Numbered from the stretch's first letter, positions 1-10,182 are shown. The stretch is DNA of 64,000 bases from an uncultured Saprospirales bacterium (GCA_938008535.1 CALLKF010000164.1:10202-74201); one strand, 5' to 3'. A program made the numbers and translations. The notes: generated by a model from the letters alone, not told the origin.

Positions 1-1424
1 TCCATTTTGCCAAACGCATTTTTGATGTTGTTGTTACCAATTCCTAAACCACCTTTGTTCCATAACCATTTATTCAAATCTAAACCAATTACTTTAAAAA
101 CGTTATTAAACTGATAGTACAATTCAGTGGAACTAACGCTTAAGCCACTTGCATTCATTTCTGGTAAACCAGCGTTTGTACCATCATCAATAGCACAACC
201 ATGCGTATCGCCACTAATCACAATTACATTTTTTATTGCATTATTTTTGATGTAATTTAAAATTTTTGTTCGTTCATAAGCATACGAACCAAAGTAGTCC
301 GAGAAGCTATATGACAAACGAAAACCAGTGCCAGCATATCCGCCAATATTAAATTGCATGCCTTGTATCAGCAATGGTAATTCTACCAACGGTTGAATAT
401 TTTTATTAAAAGGAACACCAGAAATTATAAATTTCCAGGTTGCAGTTGAGTTCTTAAGTGCATTTAAAAACCAATCTAACTGAGGTTGGTTTAACATGGT
501 TTGAGAAGGACTGTTTCCATTAAACGTCCATAAATTTATAGCTGCATTGTATTTTAAATTATTCCATCCACCTGTATTGCAACTGCGTACATCTATCATA
601 AAAAATTCGCAATTGCCAACTTTAAAAGAATGATAATATCCATCGGTATCATTCTGCATCTGGTAGCCAGGAAAGAAATTTTTATATGCTGTTAAGCAAT
701 TGGTACGCATTTGCTGCGTACGTGGATATAAATCGAAATAATTAATTAATTTACCGTTTTCGTATCTTACTTGTAGTGCACCACCTTTAAAATATTTAGA
801 GTTGCCCCAAGTATCATCATCATCAGGCATGTAGGCAATTGGCATTTTCTTCAACATATCTTTGCAAATCGGCTCTTCATTTCTGCGTCGCCAACCAAGT
901 TTTACTGCGCTCCAATCTTCTGGATAATCCATTCCAACATATCGCGGAATTTGATAGGATGGATAAGTAAAATCACCAGTATGAATAAATAAGATTGGTT
1001 TGTACAACGGCATCACGTCAAACACTTTCATATTGGGTGTTTCCTGACAAGAACCAGTTACAAACGTTAAATGTTCTGCTGTACCAACAACAGGAAATGT
1101 TTTGAAATGACCTAATGTGTTTTCTATATTTCCATTAATGCGATAACGAAAATAGTAATCGGTAAAAATTGCTAAGTTTTCTAGAGTAACAATTTTTGAT
1201 GTATCTAAACTAGCATCGGTAGCTGAATTTATTTGTTGAAAAGAAGCAAATGTTGAATCGGTAGAATATTCTAAACTAAAATTAACGGATGAAGATGTAC
1301 GAATATAAATTCGCGCACTATTTTCGGTAACACCACCAATCATTGGTCCGTGCGTAATGTTTTGTGCAGAAACAATTTTTGTTAGCAGCAACAAAAATGT
1401 GCATTTCCATTTTGATATTAGCAT
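1..1424 (-). CDS. PhoD-like metallophosphatase (alkaline phosphatase D family), N-terminal ~474 aa; C-terminus lies beyond the window start
   Basis: Absent from the ORF track because it is open at the window edge. My minus-strand translation from the ATG at 1424 gives MLISKWKCTFLLLLTKIVSAQNITHGPMIGGVTENSARIYIRT (signal peptide plus PhoD_N-like start). Later motifs are FIHTGDFTYP and VISGDTHGCAIDDG (metallophosphatase). No stop occurs down to position 1. Confidence 0.7.
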   Translation of the reverse strand, partial: MLISKWKCTFLLLLTKIVSAQNITHGPMIGGVTENSARIYIRTSSSVNFSLEYSTDSTFASFQQINSATDASLDTSKIVTLENLAIFTDYYFRYRINGNIENTLGHFKTFPVVGTAEHLTFVTGSCQETPNMKVFDVMPLYKPILFIHTGDFTYPSYQIPRYVGMDYPEDWSAVKLGWRRRNEEPICKDMLKKMPIAYMPDDDDTWGNSKYFKGGALQVRYENGKLINYFDLYPRTQQMRTNCLTAYKNFFPGYQMQNDTDGYYHSFKVGNCEFFMIDVRSCNTGGWNNLKYNAAINLWTFNGNSPSQTMLNQPQLDWFLNALKNSTATWKFIISGVPFNKNIQPLVELPLLIQGMQFNIGGYAGTGFRLSYSFSDYFGSYAYERTKILNYIKNNAIKNVIVISGDTHGCAIDDGTNAGLPEMNASGLSVSSTELYYQFNNVFKVIGLDLNKWLWNKGGLGIGNNNIKNAFGKM

Positions 1425-1483
1425 ACGTTAATATACATAATCTTTTTAAAAACAGGAAAATAAGAATTTGTATTTTTAGAGAA

Positions 1484-4400
1484 TTAACGCAATAACGTAA
1501 CTACACCTTTTAAATAAAACGATTCGTTATTATATTTCACACCAGAAACCACATAAATATAACTATCAATTTGACATTCAACACCTTTGTAAGTGCCGTC
1601 CCAACCATTGTCTAAATTATCTGTTTCAAACACCAGCGCGCCCCAACGATCGAAGATTTTTAGGTTGTATGTTTTGATACTTTTATTAATCATGTTCAAA
1701 TTGTCATTGATTCCGTCATTATTAGGCGAAAATGCACTTGGAATAAAAATATCGCAATTCGTAGATATAAAGATGGAATCTCTTTGCAAACAACCACCTT
1801 TGTAAACCTCCACTTTTATTGGAGAAATAGTGCCATTAATGATAATCGAATCTTTGTTTACATCACCTGTGCTCCAGAAAACAGAATCAAATGGCACTTT
1901 AAAACTTAATACTCTTTGCTCACCTGGACACATAATAATACTATCATCACCTAATTTTATTTTCGGTAATGGTTTCACTTCAAAACTATATTTCAAAGAA
2001 TCTGCTCCACAACGGTTGGTTGCAGTTAGCTTTAATGTTTGTGTTCCAGCTACAAAATATGAATAAAATGCAGTGTCTTTTGTTTGCGGATTTAGATTAT
2101 TTAAAGTCCAAACATATTGCGTATTTGTGCCACCAAAAGACAAATTAGCATATTGAGCAGTTTTACCAAAACAAACATCCGTTGGAATTGGATTGATAGC
2201 TAATGATACGGTGTCATCCATGTTGATGGTTTTTCTCAACGTATCAAAACAACCAGCATTTGATTTGGTAATTAAGGTGACGTTTTTAGTTCCAAAAACG
2301 GAATAAGAATGTGTTGGACTTTTAATAATATCAGTTGTATTGTCGCCAAAATTCCATGTATAATTAGTGACATTTCCAAAGTTAATTGTTGATGTATTAT
2401 TAAAAAGGATAGGTCTATTCAAACAAAGAAAATCATTGGTAAAATTCAACGTCATGCGTTGAGCAGCAACATTCACAGTATCAATCGCCACACAACCATC
2501 AATATAAACGAATACTTTTAGAGGATTAAATGTACCATCATTTATTATGTTTGCAGCAGCTGAACCAGTAGACCATCGAATTGAATCGTATAAACTTGGA
2601 TTTACAGTAAAAGTTGTGGATTGATTTTTACATAAAACCGTGTCACGTCCTAGCGATACATTTGGTCTCGGACGAATTACAAATGATTTAGTAATTGAAT
2701 CGGCATAACATCTGTTTTTCACCACTAATTTTACTGGATAAGTTCCAGTTCCTTGAAATGCATAATTTAAATCTTTGGTAGTATGTGTTGTATTTTCGGC
2801 AAACCAAGTATAAGTATTATTTACACCACCAGTAGTTAGATTTTGGAAGTTGATTTGATTTCGCTGACATGTAATTAATTCTGTTGATTTGAAATTAACC
2901 TGCTGAACGGTGTCCATCGGAAGAATTTTAGTGACCGTATCTTTGCAACCAATATCAGAAGTTGCAATTAACTGCACCGAATAATTAGCAAAAGGCGAAA
3001 ATGTATGGGTTGGATTCTGTGTATTCAAATCAGATTGTCCATCTCCATAATTCCAATCATATTGAACCAAAGTACCTGAATTTACAGATGATGTATTAAC
3101 AAACGTAATTGGTTTATTCATACACAAATAGTTATTTGAAAAATTAGGTGTAATGGTTTGTTTTTTAACCAAAACTGTATCTTTTCCAACACAACCATTT
3201 TTAAATACTGAAATATAAATTGGCGATTTTGTTCCATCAACAGAAATATTTGACGTGTTTTCAGCCGTACTCCAACGCAACGAATCAAATACACCAATGG
3301 CTGTAAGCTGTTTTGTTGATTTATTACAAACCGTAACATCAGTTCCTACATTTACAGTTGGATTTAGATTTATTTTTACGGTTGAATTTAAGGTGTCTTT
3401 TCCGCAACGATTGGTAGAAATTAATTGCACTGGAAAAGTACCATTCGTGTTAAATGTTGAAGTCGCAGTATTTCCATTTACTGGTGAACCATTGTTTATA
3501 ATCCATTGAAAAGCCGTTGGGCTTCCACCTGTTGAAGTATTGGTAAAGGTTACTGGTAATTTTTCACATAAATTTATTGGAGATGTTGTGTAACTTAATC
3601 GCACGGTATCATCCATTTTTATTTTCTTTGTGATGGTGTCTTTACAACCAAATGGCGATGTTACAATATGTTGTACATTAAATGAATCGAACCGGTTAAA
3701 TGTATGTGTTGGACTTTTTAGTGTATCAGTATTTCCATCGCCAAAATTCCAAAAATAATTACTAATGGTTCCTGTAGATGCATCAGTGAAAAGCGTATTT
3801 CGTTTATAACACAAATTGGCCGATGTAAAATTGGCGGTTGGCTTAGGATTTACCACAACTGGTTTGGTTATTTTTCCAACGCAACCTTTTGCAGTTGTTG
3901 CAGTGAGTTGTACATTATAAGTACCTGGTGTGGTAAATAATTTTGTTGGATTTTTCACATAAGAAGTATCGCCTGGCGACAAAACCCATTTCCAATTATT
4001 CACATCATTGTAAGGTGAAGTTGTTGAATCTGTAAATTGAATTAATTGATTTTGGCATCTTGGTACATAAGTAAAATTTGGAACCAAACCTGGATAATAA
4101 ATTACTTTTATTCGGCTTGTGTCATTACAAGGCTTTCCTTTATTTACTATTAATGTAGCGTAATAAACACCAGTATCTGGATAAGCAAACGTAGGATTTT
4201 TTAGAATCGATGTATCATCAGTTCTACTTGGCACACCAAAATCCCAAAAATAGGTAACACCTGATTGATTTAATTCATTGTCAAAACGAACTACCGCACC
4301 TTGACAATTACTAAAAGTAGTATCATTCACTTTAATTGCAGAACTATTTGTGTTATCAGTAATTACTAATGGTGCCGCAGATGGAATAGTGCAATTCTCA

Positions 4401-5302
4401 ACATTAAACTGAAAATCACGAATGCTTTTATTAATAACTACACCACCTCTAATTTCTTCGACACAAATTCCAACTACAAACAAACCAAGCGTTCTTGGAA
4501 TTGCAGTTAACATTCCTGAAGTTGGATTAATGTATAAGATTGAATTTAATCCTAATGGCTTTTGCGATTCATAAAATCCACCGTATATAACACTATCAAA
4601 TGGTGGTGATGTCGCTTGATAATAAGCACATCCAGGTTGGCTTTGTTGACATACTGTTGGATTGTCTGAATCTAATCCTTGTAATGGTGCACATAAGCTA
4701 TATCGTAACTGATCGCCATTAGCATCTGTCGCAGACATATCGAAGTCCAATTTCGAATTGTTACATAAAAACAATGGTGGTTGATTAATAAAAATTGGTG
4801 AAGAATTACAAGTAATATTTGGTGGAATTGTAATTTGATATGTACTACCTTGATTACTCAAAAGATTTAATACTGCATCATTCCGACAACAACGCTGATA
4901 TACTAAAATATAACCCGATGTACTTGCTGGCAATGTTAGAATTTTAGTATATACTCCTTTTTGTATTCTTACATCTCTTGGTGGATTTGAAATACATGAA
5001 TTGGTGTTAGTTGGTAAAATTGTGCTTGCTGGTGAATATATTGGAAATGGATTTGTTTCACCATTGTTTAAATTTACTTTAGCAAATGTTGTCGCATTAA
5101 AGACTGTCACCATTGCAGGGTCATCTAGTTGAGCTTGGCCATAGTAATCGTCTCTAAATATAGTTAATGTAATCTCATATTGATTTCCACCTAAACATTT
5201 ATACGACATTTCACCACCAACTAAATGCGTCGCTTTGCTACTATAACTTAATGCTAAAGCAATAAACAGGAACAATATTTTATAAATTGATTTTTTCACC
5301 AT
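1484..5302 (-). CDS. Large secreted PKD-repeat surface protein with T9SS type-B (gliding-motility-associated, CHU_C-like) C-terminal sorting domain
   Basis: 1272-aa ORF with a signal peptide and an N-terminal HLVGGEMSYKC domain. It has many PKD-type repeats (WNFGDG...PTHTF). The C-terminus IPSAFSPNNDGINDNL...FDRWGALVFE...WDGTYKG is typical of the type-B T9SS sorting domain. Confidence 0.85.
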   Translation of the reverse strand: MVKKSIYKILFLFIALALSYSSKATHLVGGEMSYKCLGGNQYEITLTIFRDDYYGQAQLDDPAMVTVFNATTFAKVNLNNGETNPFPIYSPASTILPTNTNSCISNPPRDVRIQKGVYTKILTLPASTSGYILVYQRCCRNDAVLNLLSNQGSTYQITIPPNITCNSSPIFINQPPLFLCNNSKLDFDMSATDANGDQLRYSLCAPLQGLDSDNPTVCQQSQPGCAYYQATSPPFDSVIYGGFYESQKPLGLNSILYINPTSGMLTAIPRTLGLFVVGICVEEIRGGVVINKSIRDFQFNVENCTIPSAAPLVITDNTNSSAIKVNDTTFSNCQGAVVRFDNELNQSGVTYFWDFGVPSRTDDTSILKNPTFAYPDTGVYYATLIVNKGKPCNDTSRIKVIYYPGLVPNFTYVPRCQNQLIQFTDSTTSPYNDVNNWKWVLSPGDTSYVKNPTKLFTTPGTYNVQLTATTAKGCVGKITKPVVVNPKPTANFTSANLCYKRNTLFTDASTGTISNYFWNFGDGNTDTLKSPTHTFNRFDSFNVQHIVTSPFGCKDTITKKIKMDDTVRLSYTTSPINLCEKLPVTFTNTSTGGSPTAFQWIINNGSPVNGNTATSTFNTNGTFPVQLISTNRCGKDTLNSTVKINLNPTVNVGTDVTVCNKSTKQLTAIGVFDSLRWSTAENTSNISVDGTKSPIYISVFKNGCVGKDTVLVKKQTITPNFSNNYLCMNKPITFVNTSSVNSGTLVQYDWNYGDGQSDLNTQNPTHTFSPFANYSVQLIATSDIGCKDTVTKILPMDTVQQVNFKSTELITCQRNQINFQNLTTGGVNNTYTWFAENTTHTTKDLNYAFQGTGTYPVKLVVKNRCYADSITKSFVIRPRPNVSLGRDTVLCKNQSTTFTVNPSLYDSIRWSTGSAAANIINDGTFNPLKVFVYIDGCVAIDTVNVAAQRMTLNFTNDFLCLNRPILFNNTSTINFGNVTNYTWNFGDNTTDIIKSPTHSYSVFGTKNVTLITKSNAGCFDTLRKTINMDDTVSLAINPIPTDVCFGKTAQYANLSFGGTNTQYVWTLNNLNPQTKDTAFYSYFVAGTQTLKLTATNRCGADSLKYSFEVKPLPKIKLGDDSIIMCPGEQRVLSFKVPFDSVFWSTGDVNKDSIIINGTISPIKVEVYKGGCLQRDSIFISTNCDIFIPSAFSPNNDGINDNLNMINKSIKTYNLKIFDRWGALVFETDNLDNGWDGTYKGVECQIDSYIYVVSGVKYNNESFYLKGVVTLLR
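1754..3835 (-). repeat. Three tandem ~230-aa super-repeats (PKD - PKD - Cys-containing WST module) inside the adhesin gene
   Basis: Protein residues ~490-719, 720-952 and 953-1183 align with each other. Shared landmarks are NFT..LC....F.N.S, W.FGD, PTH.F, GC.DT, MD.TV, NRC and RWSTG/FWSTG. Confidence 0.75.
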
Positions 5303-5451
5303 TCAAAAATAGCAAAAATTATGCTAACTATTGTTTCTTAAGTATTTATCAGTAAAAAAGTTCATATTTATAACTCTTTCGTAACAAAAATCTTTCAACA
5401 TAAGACTTATGACTTAAGACTTTTTCTTATCTTCGTCAAACTTTTCCCAAA

Positions 5452-8268
5452 ATGCCAAGAGATTTTTCGATTAAATCCGTACTTATTATAGGTAGCGGAC
5501 CCATTATTATAGGACAAGCGTGCGAATTCGACTACTCAGGTTCTCAAGCATCACGCTCACTCAGAGAAGAAGGTATAGAAATCTCACTCATCAATTCCAA
5601 TCCAGCTACCATTATGACAGACAGCGTTACTGCTGATCATGTGTATTTAAAACCATTAACCATACAATCTTTAGAAGAAATTTTACAAGAACGCCAAATT
5701 GATGCAGTATTGCCAACAATGGGTGGCCAAACAGCGCTCAATCTATGCAAAGAAGCAGCTGAAATTGGCCTTTGGGAAAAATATAATGTTCGCATTATTG
5801 GTGTGGATTTGCAAGTAATTGAAACCACAGAAAACCGCGAAGCATTTCGTAAGTTTTGCGTTGATTTAGGTTTAGGTGTCGCGCCATCTTATGTTGCCAA
5901 TTCTATATTAGAAGGAAAAGAAGCGGCACAAAAAATTGGTTTTCCTTTAGTAATTCGTCCTTCCTATACGCTTGGTGGTTCTGGTGGTGGTTTTTGCCAC
6001 AAAGCAGAAGAATTTGAAGTTGCACTTTCTCGTGGCTTACAAGCATCACCAACACATGAAGTTTTAGTAGAAAAAGCAGTTTTAGGTTGGAAAGAATTTG
6101 AACTCGAATTGTTGCGTGATAATAATGATAACGTAGTAATTATTTGTACGGTTGAAAACCTCGATCCAATGGGTGTGCATACAGGTGACTCTATCACCGT
6201 TGCGCCAGCTATGACTTTATCTGATACAGCGTACCAAGAAATGCGCAACCAAGCACAATTAATGATGCGTGCTTTATGCAATTTTGCAGGTGGTTGCAAT
6301 GTGCAGTTTGCGCTCAATCCAGAAACCGAAGAATTAATTGTAATTGAAATAAATCCGCGTGTGTCACGTTCATCTGCGTTGGCATCAAAAGCAACTGGTT
6401 ATCCAATTGCTAAAATTGCTTCGAAATTGGCGATTGGTTATAATTTAGATGAATTACAAAATCAAATTACCAAAACAACATCAGCATTTTTTGAACCAGC
6501 TTTAGATTATGTCATCGTAAAAATTCCACGTTGGAATTTCGATAAATTTTATGGCTGTGATGATAAACTCGGATTGCAAATGAAATCGGTTGGTGAAGTA
6601 ATGGGTATTGGCCGAAATTTTGCCGAAGCTCTGCAAAAAGCATGTCAATCACTTGAAAATAATAAAATTGGTTTAGGTGCTGACGGAAAAGGTTTATCAA
6701 AAACACAAGAAATATTAGACAGTTTAGAGCATCCAAGTTGGGATCGTATCTTTAAAATAAAAGATGCGATGGCGCTTGGCGTGCCTGTTCATAGCATCCA
6801 AAAATTAACGAGAATAGATAATTGGTTTTTATTGCAAATACAAGACTTAGTAAAACTGGAAAAAGAAATCCAAAAATATTCGTTGCACAATATTTCAAAA
6901 GAATTATTATTGAAAGCAAAAGTAAAAGGATATTCTGATGCGCAATTGGCTTATTTATTAGGACGAATTGAAGAAGAACAAGTGTATCAAAAACGATTAG
7001 AATTCAACATCAAAAGATGTTATAAAATGGTAGATACTTGTGCTGCAGAATTTGAAGCGAAAACACCTTATTATTACTCAACATTTGATACCGAAAATGA
7101 AAGCATCGTTTCTGATAAAAAGAAAGTAATTGTTTTAGGTTCTGGACCCAATCGTATTGGACAAGGTATTGAGTTTGATTATTGCTGCGTGCATGGTTTA
7201 CTGGCAATTAAAGAAGTTGGCTACGAAGCCATCATGTTGAATTGTAATCCTGAGACGGTTTCTACTGATTTTGATATTGCGAATAAATTGTATTTCGAAC
7301 CAGTTTTTTGGGAACATTTGCAAGAACTCATCGATCATGAAAAACCAATTGGTGTGATCGTGCAATTAGGTGGTCAGACTGCTTTAAAATTATCTAAAAA
7401 ATTACACGAAAAAGGCATTCCAATCATTGGTACTTCGTATGACAATATGGACATCGCTGAAGATCGCGGTCGCTTCTCTGATTTGCTAAAAGAATTGGAT
7501 ATTCCCTATCCAGATTATGGCACAGCAACCAGCGCAGAAGAAGCATTAGAAGTAGCAAAAGTGGTTGGCTATCCTGTTTTGGTGCGACCAAGTTATGTGT
7601 TAGGTGGACAAAAAATGCGTATTGTTATTAATGATGAAGAATGCGAAATGGCTGTGTTGGATATTATGAAGCATATTCCAGAAAACACAATTTTAATTGA
7701 CCATTTTTTGGATCGCGCAAAAGAAGCAGAAATTGATGCTATTTACGATGGCGAAACCGTGCAAATTATGGGTGTGATGGAACACATCGAGCCAGCTGGT
7801 ATTCATAGTGGTGACAGCAACAGCGTGTTGCCACCGTACAGCTTAGGTGCCATCATTATTGAAACAATGAAACACTACACCGAAAAACTATGTAAAGCAT
7901 TAGAAATTCGTGGTTTAATAAATATTCAGTTTGCCATAAAAGGCGACAAAGTGTATGTGATAGAAGCCAATCCGCGCGCATCGAGAACTACGCCGTTTAT
8001 TTGCAAAGCATACCAAATTCCTTATTTGAATGTGGCAACCAAAGTAATGCTTGGAACACACAAAATAAAAGATTTTACGTTTAAAGAAAACCTGACCGGT
8101 TATGCCATTAAAGAACCTGTTTTCTCTTTCGATAAATTTCCAGGTGTGAATAAAGTGCTGGGTCCTGAAATGAAATCAACTGGTGAAGCGATCTATTTTA
8201 TTAAAGATTTATTCGATCCTTACTTCAGACAATTGTACAAGGATAAGAGTATGTTCTTGAACAGATAG
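5452..8268 (+). CDS. carB: Carbamoyl-phosphate synthase large subunit (short form, no C-terminal allosteric/MGS-like domain)
   Basis: 938-aa ORF with two ATP-grasp halves (IIGSGPIIIGQACEFDYSG and VLGSGPNRIGQGIEFDYC). It contains IEINPRVSRSSALASKATGYPIA and IEANPRASRTTPFICKA. Confidence 0.95.
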   Translation: MPRDFSIKSVLIIGSGPIIIGQACEFDYSGSQASRSLREEGIEISLINSNPATIMTDSVTADHVYLKPLTIQSLEEILQERQIDAVLPTMGGQTALNLCKEAAEIGLWEKYNVRIIGVDLQVIETTENREAFRKFCVDLGLGVAPSYVANSILEGKEAAQKIGFPLVIRPSYTLGGSGGGFCHKAEEFEVALSRGLQASPTHEVLVEKAVLGWKEFELELLRDNNDNVVIICTVENLDPMGVHTGDSITVAPAMTLSDTAYQEMRNQAQLMMRALCNFAGGCNVQFALNPETEELIVIEINPRVSRSSALASKATGYPIAKIASKLAIGYNLDELQNQITKTTSAFFEPALDYVIVKIPRWNFDKFYGCDDKLGLQMKSVGEVMGIGRNFAEALQKACQSLENNKIGLGADGKGLSKTQEILDSLEHPSWDRIFKIKDAMALGVPVHSIQKLTRIDNWFLLQIQDLVKLEKEIQKYSLHNISKELLLKAKVKGYSDAQLAYLLGRIEEEQVYQKRLEFNIKRCYKMVDTCAAEFEAKTPYYYSTFDTENESIVSDKKKVIVLGSGPNRIGQGIEFDYCCVHGLLAIKEVGYEAIMLNCNPETVSTDFDIANKLYFEPVFWEHLQELIDHEKPIGVIVQLGGQTALKLSKKLHEKGIPIIGTSYDNMDIAEDRGRFSDLLKELDIPYPDYGTATSAEEALEVAKVVGYPVLVRPSYVLGGQKMRIVINDEECEMAVLDIMKHIPENTILIDHFLDRAKEAEIDAIYDGETVQIMGVMEHIEPAGIHSGDSNSVLPPYSLGAIIIETMKHYTEKLCKALEIRGLINIQFAIKGDKVYVIEANPRASRTTPFICKAYQIPYLNVATKVMLGTHKIKDFTFKENLTGYAIKEPVFSFDKFPGVNKVLGPEMKSTGEAIYFIKDLFDPYFRQLYKDKSMFLNR

Positions 8269-8347
8269 GATTTATTAATTGGAACTTTTTAACTACAGCA
8301 TTTGTTCATACAGAATGATTTATTCTAAAAAAATTTAGTATTCCTTT

Positions 8348-8902
8348 TTACACCTTATCCGTAAAAAACGCATCACCTTTTTCTTTTGAAAATTTATCTT
8401 GGTTATAGTCTTGCGATTTGTTTTTGGGAATCGATAAACTTTTCCATTCCTTGGTACTCAGCATTTTTGCTAAAAAAATTAGTTGTCCAACATGATATGG
8501 ATAATGTGCTAATTGTCGATTGATGGCTTCTAAAACCGTGTGACCTTCATTTCTGATATAGATAGTTTTTTCTAAATCCGTTTCTGTCAAACTATTCATT
8601 GCACCGAACAAACAATTCCAACCTTTATTCCAAAATACTAGTAAATCCTGACGATTTGTAATGTTTGCTTCAAATTCTGCGTCTCGGTTGCGCCAGTCTT
8701 TTTCACCATCAGTTGTTAAAAAATCAGTCCAGCGCGACAACATATTTCCTGCTATATGCTGCACAATAATTGCAATAGAATTAGAATCTTCACTTGGCTG
8801 AAAAAAAAAATTTTCATCAGCAACTTGCGCCATCGCATCATCGCCTAATTTTTTATAATAGGCAAATAATTTTTTGGTTGATGCTAAATATGTCTTTTCC
8901 AT
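8348..8902 (-). CDS. DinB-superfamily protein (DUF1572-like)
   Basis: 184-aa ORF. SNSIAIIVQHIAGNMLSRWTDFLTTDGEKDWRNRDAEFE matches my memory of the DUF1572/DinB-like family. Confidence 0.55.
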   Translation of the reverse strand: MEKTYLASTKKLFAYYKKLGDDAMAQVADENFFFQPSEDSNSIAIIVQHIAGNMLSRWTDFLTTDGEKDWRNRDAEFEANITNRQDLLVFWNKGWNCLFGAMNSLTETDLEKTIYIRNEGHTVLEAINRQLAHYPYHVGQLIFLAKMLSTKEWKSLSIPKNKSQDYNQDKFSKEKGDAFFTDKV

Positions 8903-8914
8903 AATTTAAATTAA

Positions 8915-8948
8915 ATAAAAAAGCGCACTCTAATATTAAGTGCGCTTT
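8915..8948 (-). terminator. Rho-independent terminator after the cyclophilin gene
   Basis: Stem AAGCGCACT (8921-8929) pairs with AGTGCGCTT (8939-8947). On the minus strand it is followed by a T-run. Confidence 0.6.
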
Positions 8949-8968
8949 AAAATTAAGTTTATTTTTAC

Positions 8969-9751
8969 CTATTTATTCTCTAAAATTTTCACTGTCATTT
9001 TAATGTCTTCATTTGGTCGGTCGCTGCCATCGCGTGGTTGCGAAACAATTTGATCAATAATTTCCAAACCAGAAACTACTTCGCCAAAAACCGTATAAGC
9101 CATATCTAACATTGGTGTGCCACCTTGTTCCATATAAATTTTCTTTTGTTCATCTGTATAGGAATTTCCAGTTCTAGAAGCCAACATTTGTATTTCTGCT
9201 TCTGTATATTTTTTTCCAGCGACAATATAAAACTGTGTACTTGACGATGCTTTTTGCGGATTTCCATCGCGCGCTGCAGCCAAGGCACCTTTTTTGTGGA
9301 TCAGATTTTTGCTTAATTCAGCAGGCACTTTATACGGCAAGCCACCCATTCCTAAGCGTTGTCCAGCCGCAGCATTTTTAGAATCTGGATCACCACCTTG
9401 AATCATAAATTCAGGAATGATGCGATGAAAAAGTGTTCCATCTAAAACGCCATCTTTAATAATTTTAATAAAGTTTGCTTTGTGCAATGGCGTCTCATCG
9501 TATAATTTTAATTTGATGTCGCCGAATTTTGTAGTAATCACTACGTACGTTGTTGTATCCATTGGTTGTTTATTTTTTTCCTTTTCTACTGCTTCAGCTA
9601 TTGCTTTTGCAGCATCATCTACTGCTTGCGTTGCAGCTTGTTGTTCTGTTTTCTTTTTTGATTTTTTACAACATTTCTTTTTCGCATAAATGTTATTATA
9701 ACTTGCTGTTAGCAATACAAAACAAGTAACAAAAAGTATCAGTTTTTTCAT
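8969..9751 (-). CDS. Secreted cyclophilin-type peptidyl-prolyl cis-trans isomerase
   Basis: 260-aa ORF with a signal peptide and a Lys-rich linker. The cyclophilin core reads FHRIIPEFMIQGGDP...STQFYIV...AYTVFGEVVSGLEIIDQI. Confidence 0.9.
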   Translation of the reverse strand: MKKLILFVTCFVLLTASYNNIYAKKKCCKKSKKKTEQQAATQAVDDAAKAIAEAVEKEKNKQPMDTTTYVVITTKFGDIKLKLYDETPLHKANFIKIIKDGVLDGTLFHRIIPEFMIQGGDPDSKNAAAGQRLGMGGLPYKVPAELSKNLIHKKGALAAARDGNPQKASSSTQFYIVAGKKYTEAEIQMLASRTGNSYTDEQKKIYMEQGGTPMLDMAYTVFGEVVSGLEIIDQIVSQPRDGSDRPNEDIKMTVKILENK

Positions 9752-9770
9752 GTGTCTATTTTTTGGTTTG

Positions 9771-10130
9771 CTAAAATAATTGTTCTTTTTGAAAATAAAG
9801 AATAATCATTTTTTTTAGTAACTTTTCTTGTTCCACTAAACTCAATTTTGGTTTTTCGCGATTGTATTCAAAATGTGGCCAGCCATCTTCATCATAATCC
9901 AGAAAAATATAATAATTGGCTTGACTTAACAATGTACAAACGCCAACATGAATTAAATCTTGTTTTTGTTCTTTGGTAAACTTTACTTGATGTTTTCCCA
10001 ACTCACGATGTCCAACTAAAAAAATAATGGTTTGTACATCGGGTTTTTTGTCAAATTTATTTTCTAAAGACGAAAGTACATTTTGCCAATGTTGTTCGTT
10101 ATATTCAATATCTATCACTGCATTTTCCAT
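9771..10130 (-). CDS. Hypothetical protein
   Basis: 119-aa ORF packed between neighbouring genes on the same strand. I recognise no motif. Confidence 0.45.
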   Translation of the reverse strand: MENAVIDIEYNEQHWQNVLSSLENKFDKKPDVQTIIFLVGHRELGKHQVKFTKEQKQDLIHVGVCTLLSQANYYIFLDYDEDGWPHFEYNREKPKLSLVEQEKLLKKMIILYFQKEQLF

Positions 10131-10182
10131 GGTGCGAATATAATTTTTACTTACGACTTATTACTTATCACTTACAACTAAT

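Noticed and set aside
1593-3509. Four 70-84-aa ORFs inside the adhesin gene: three antisense (plus strand) and one same-strand out-of-frame
   Set aside because: They are fully embedded in a 1272-aa ORF with clear domain content. They are shadow ORFs with low-complexity products.
5637-7207. Minus-strand ORFs (63-117 aa) inside carB
   Set aside because: They are antisense to a highly conserved gene and carry no motifs.
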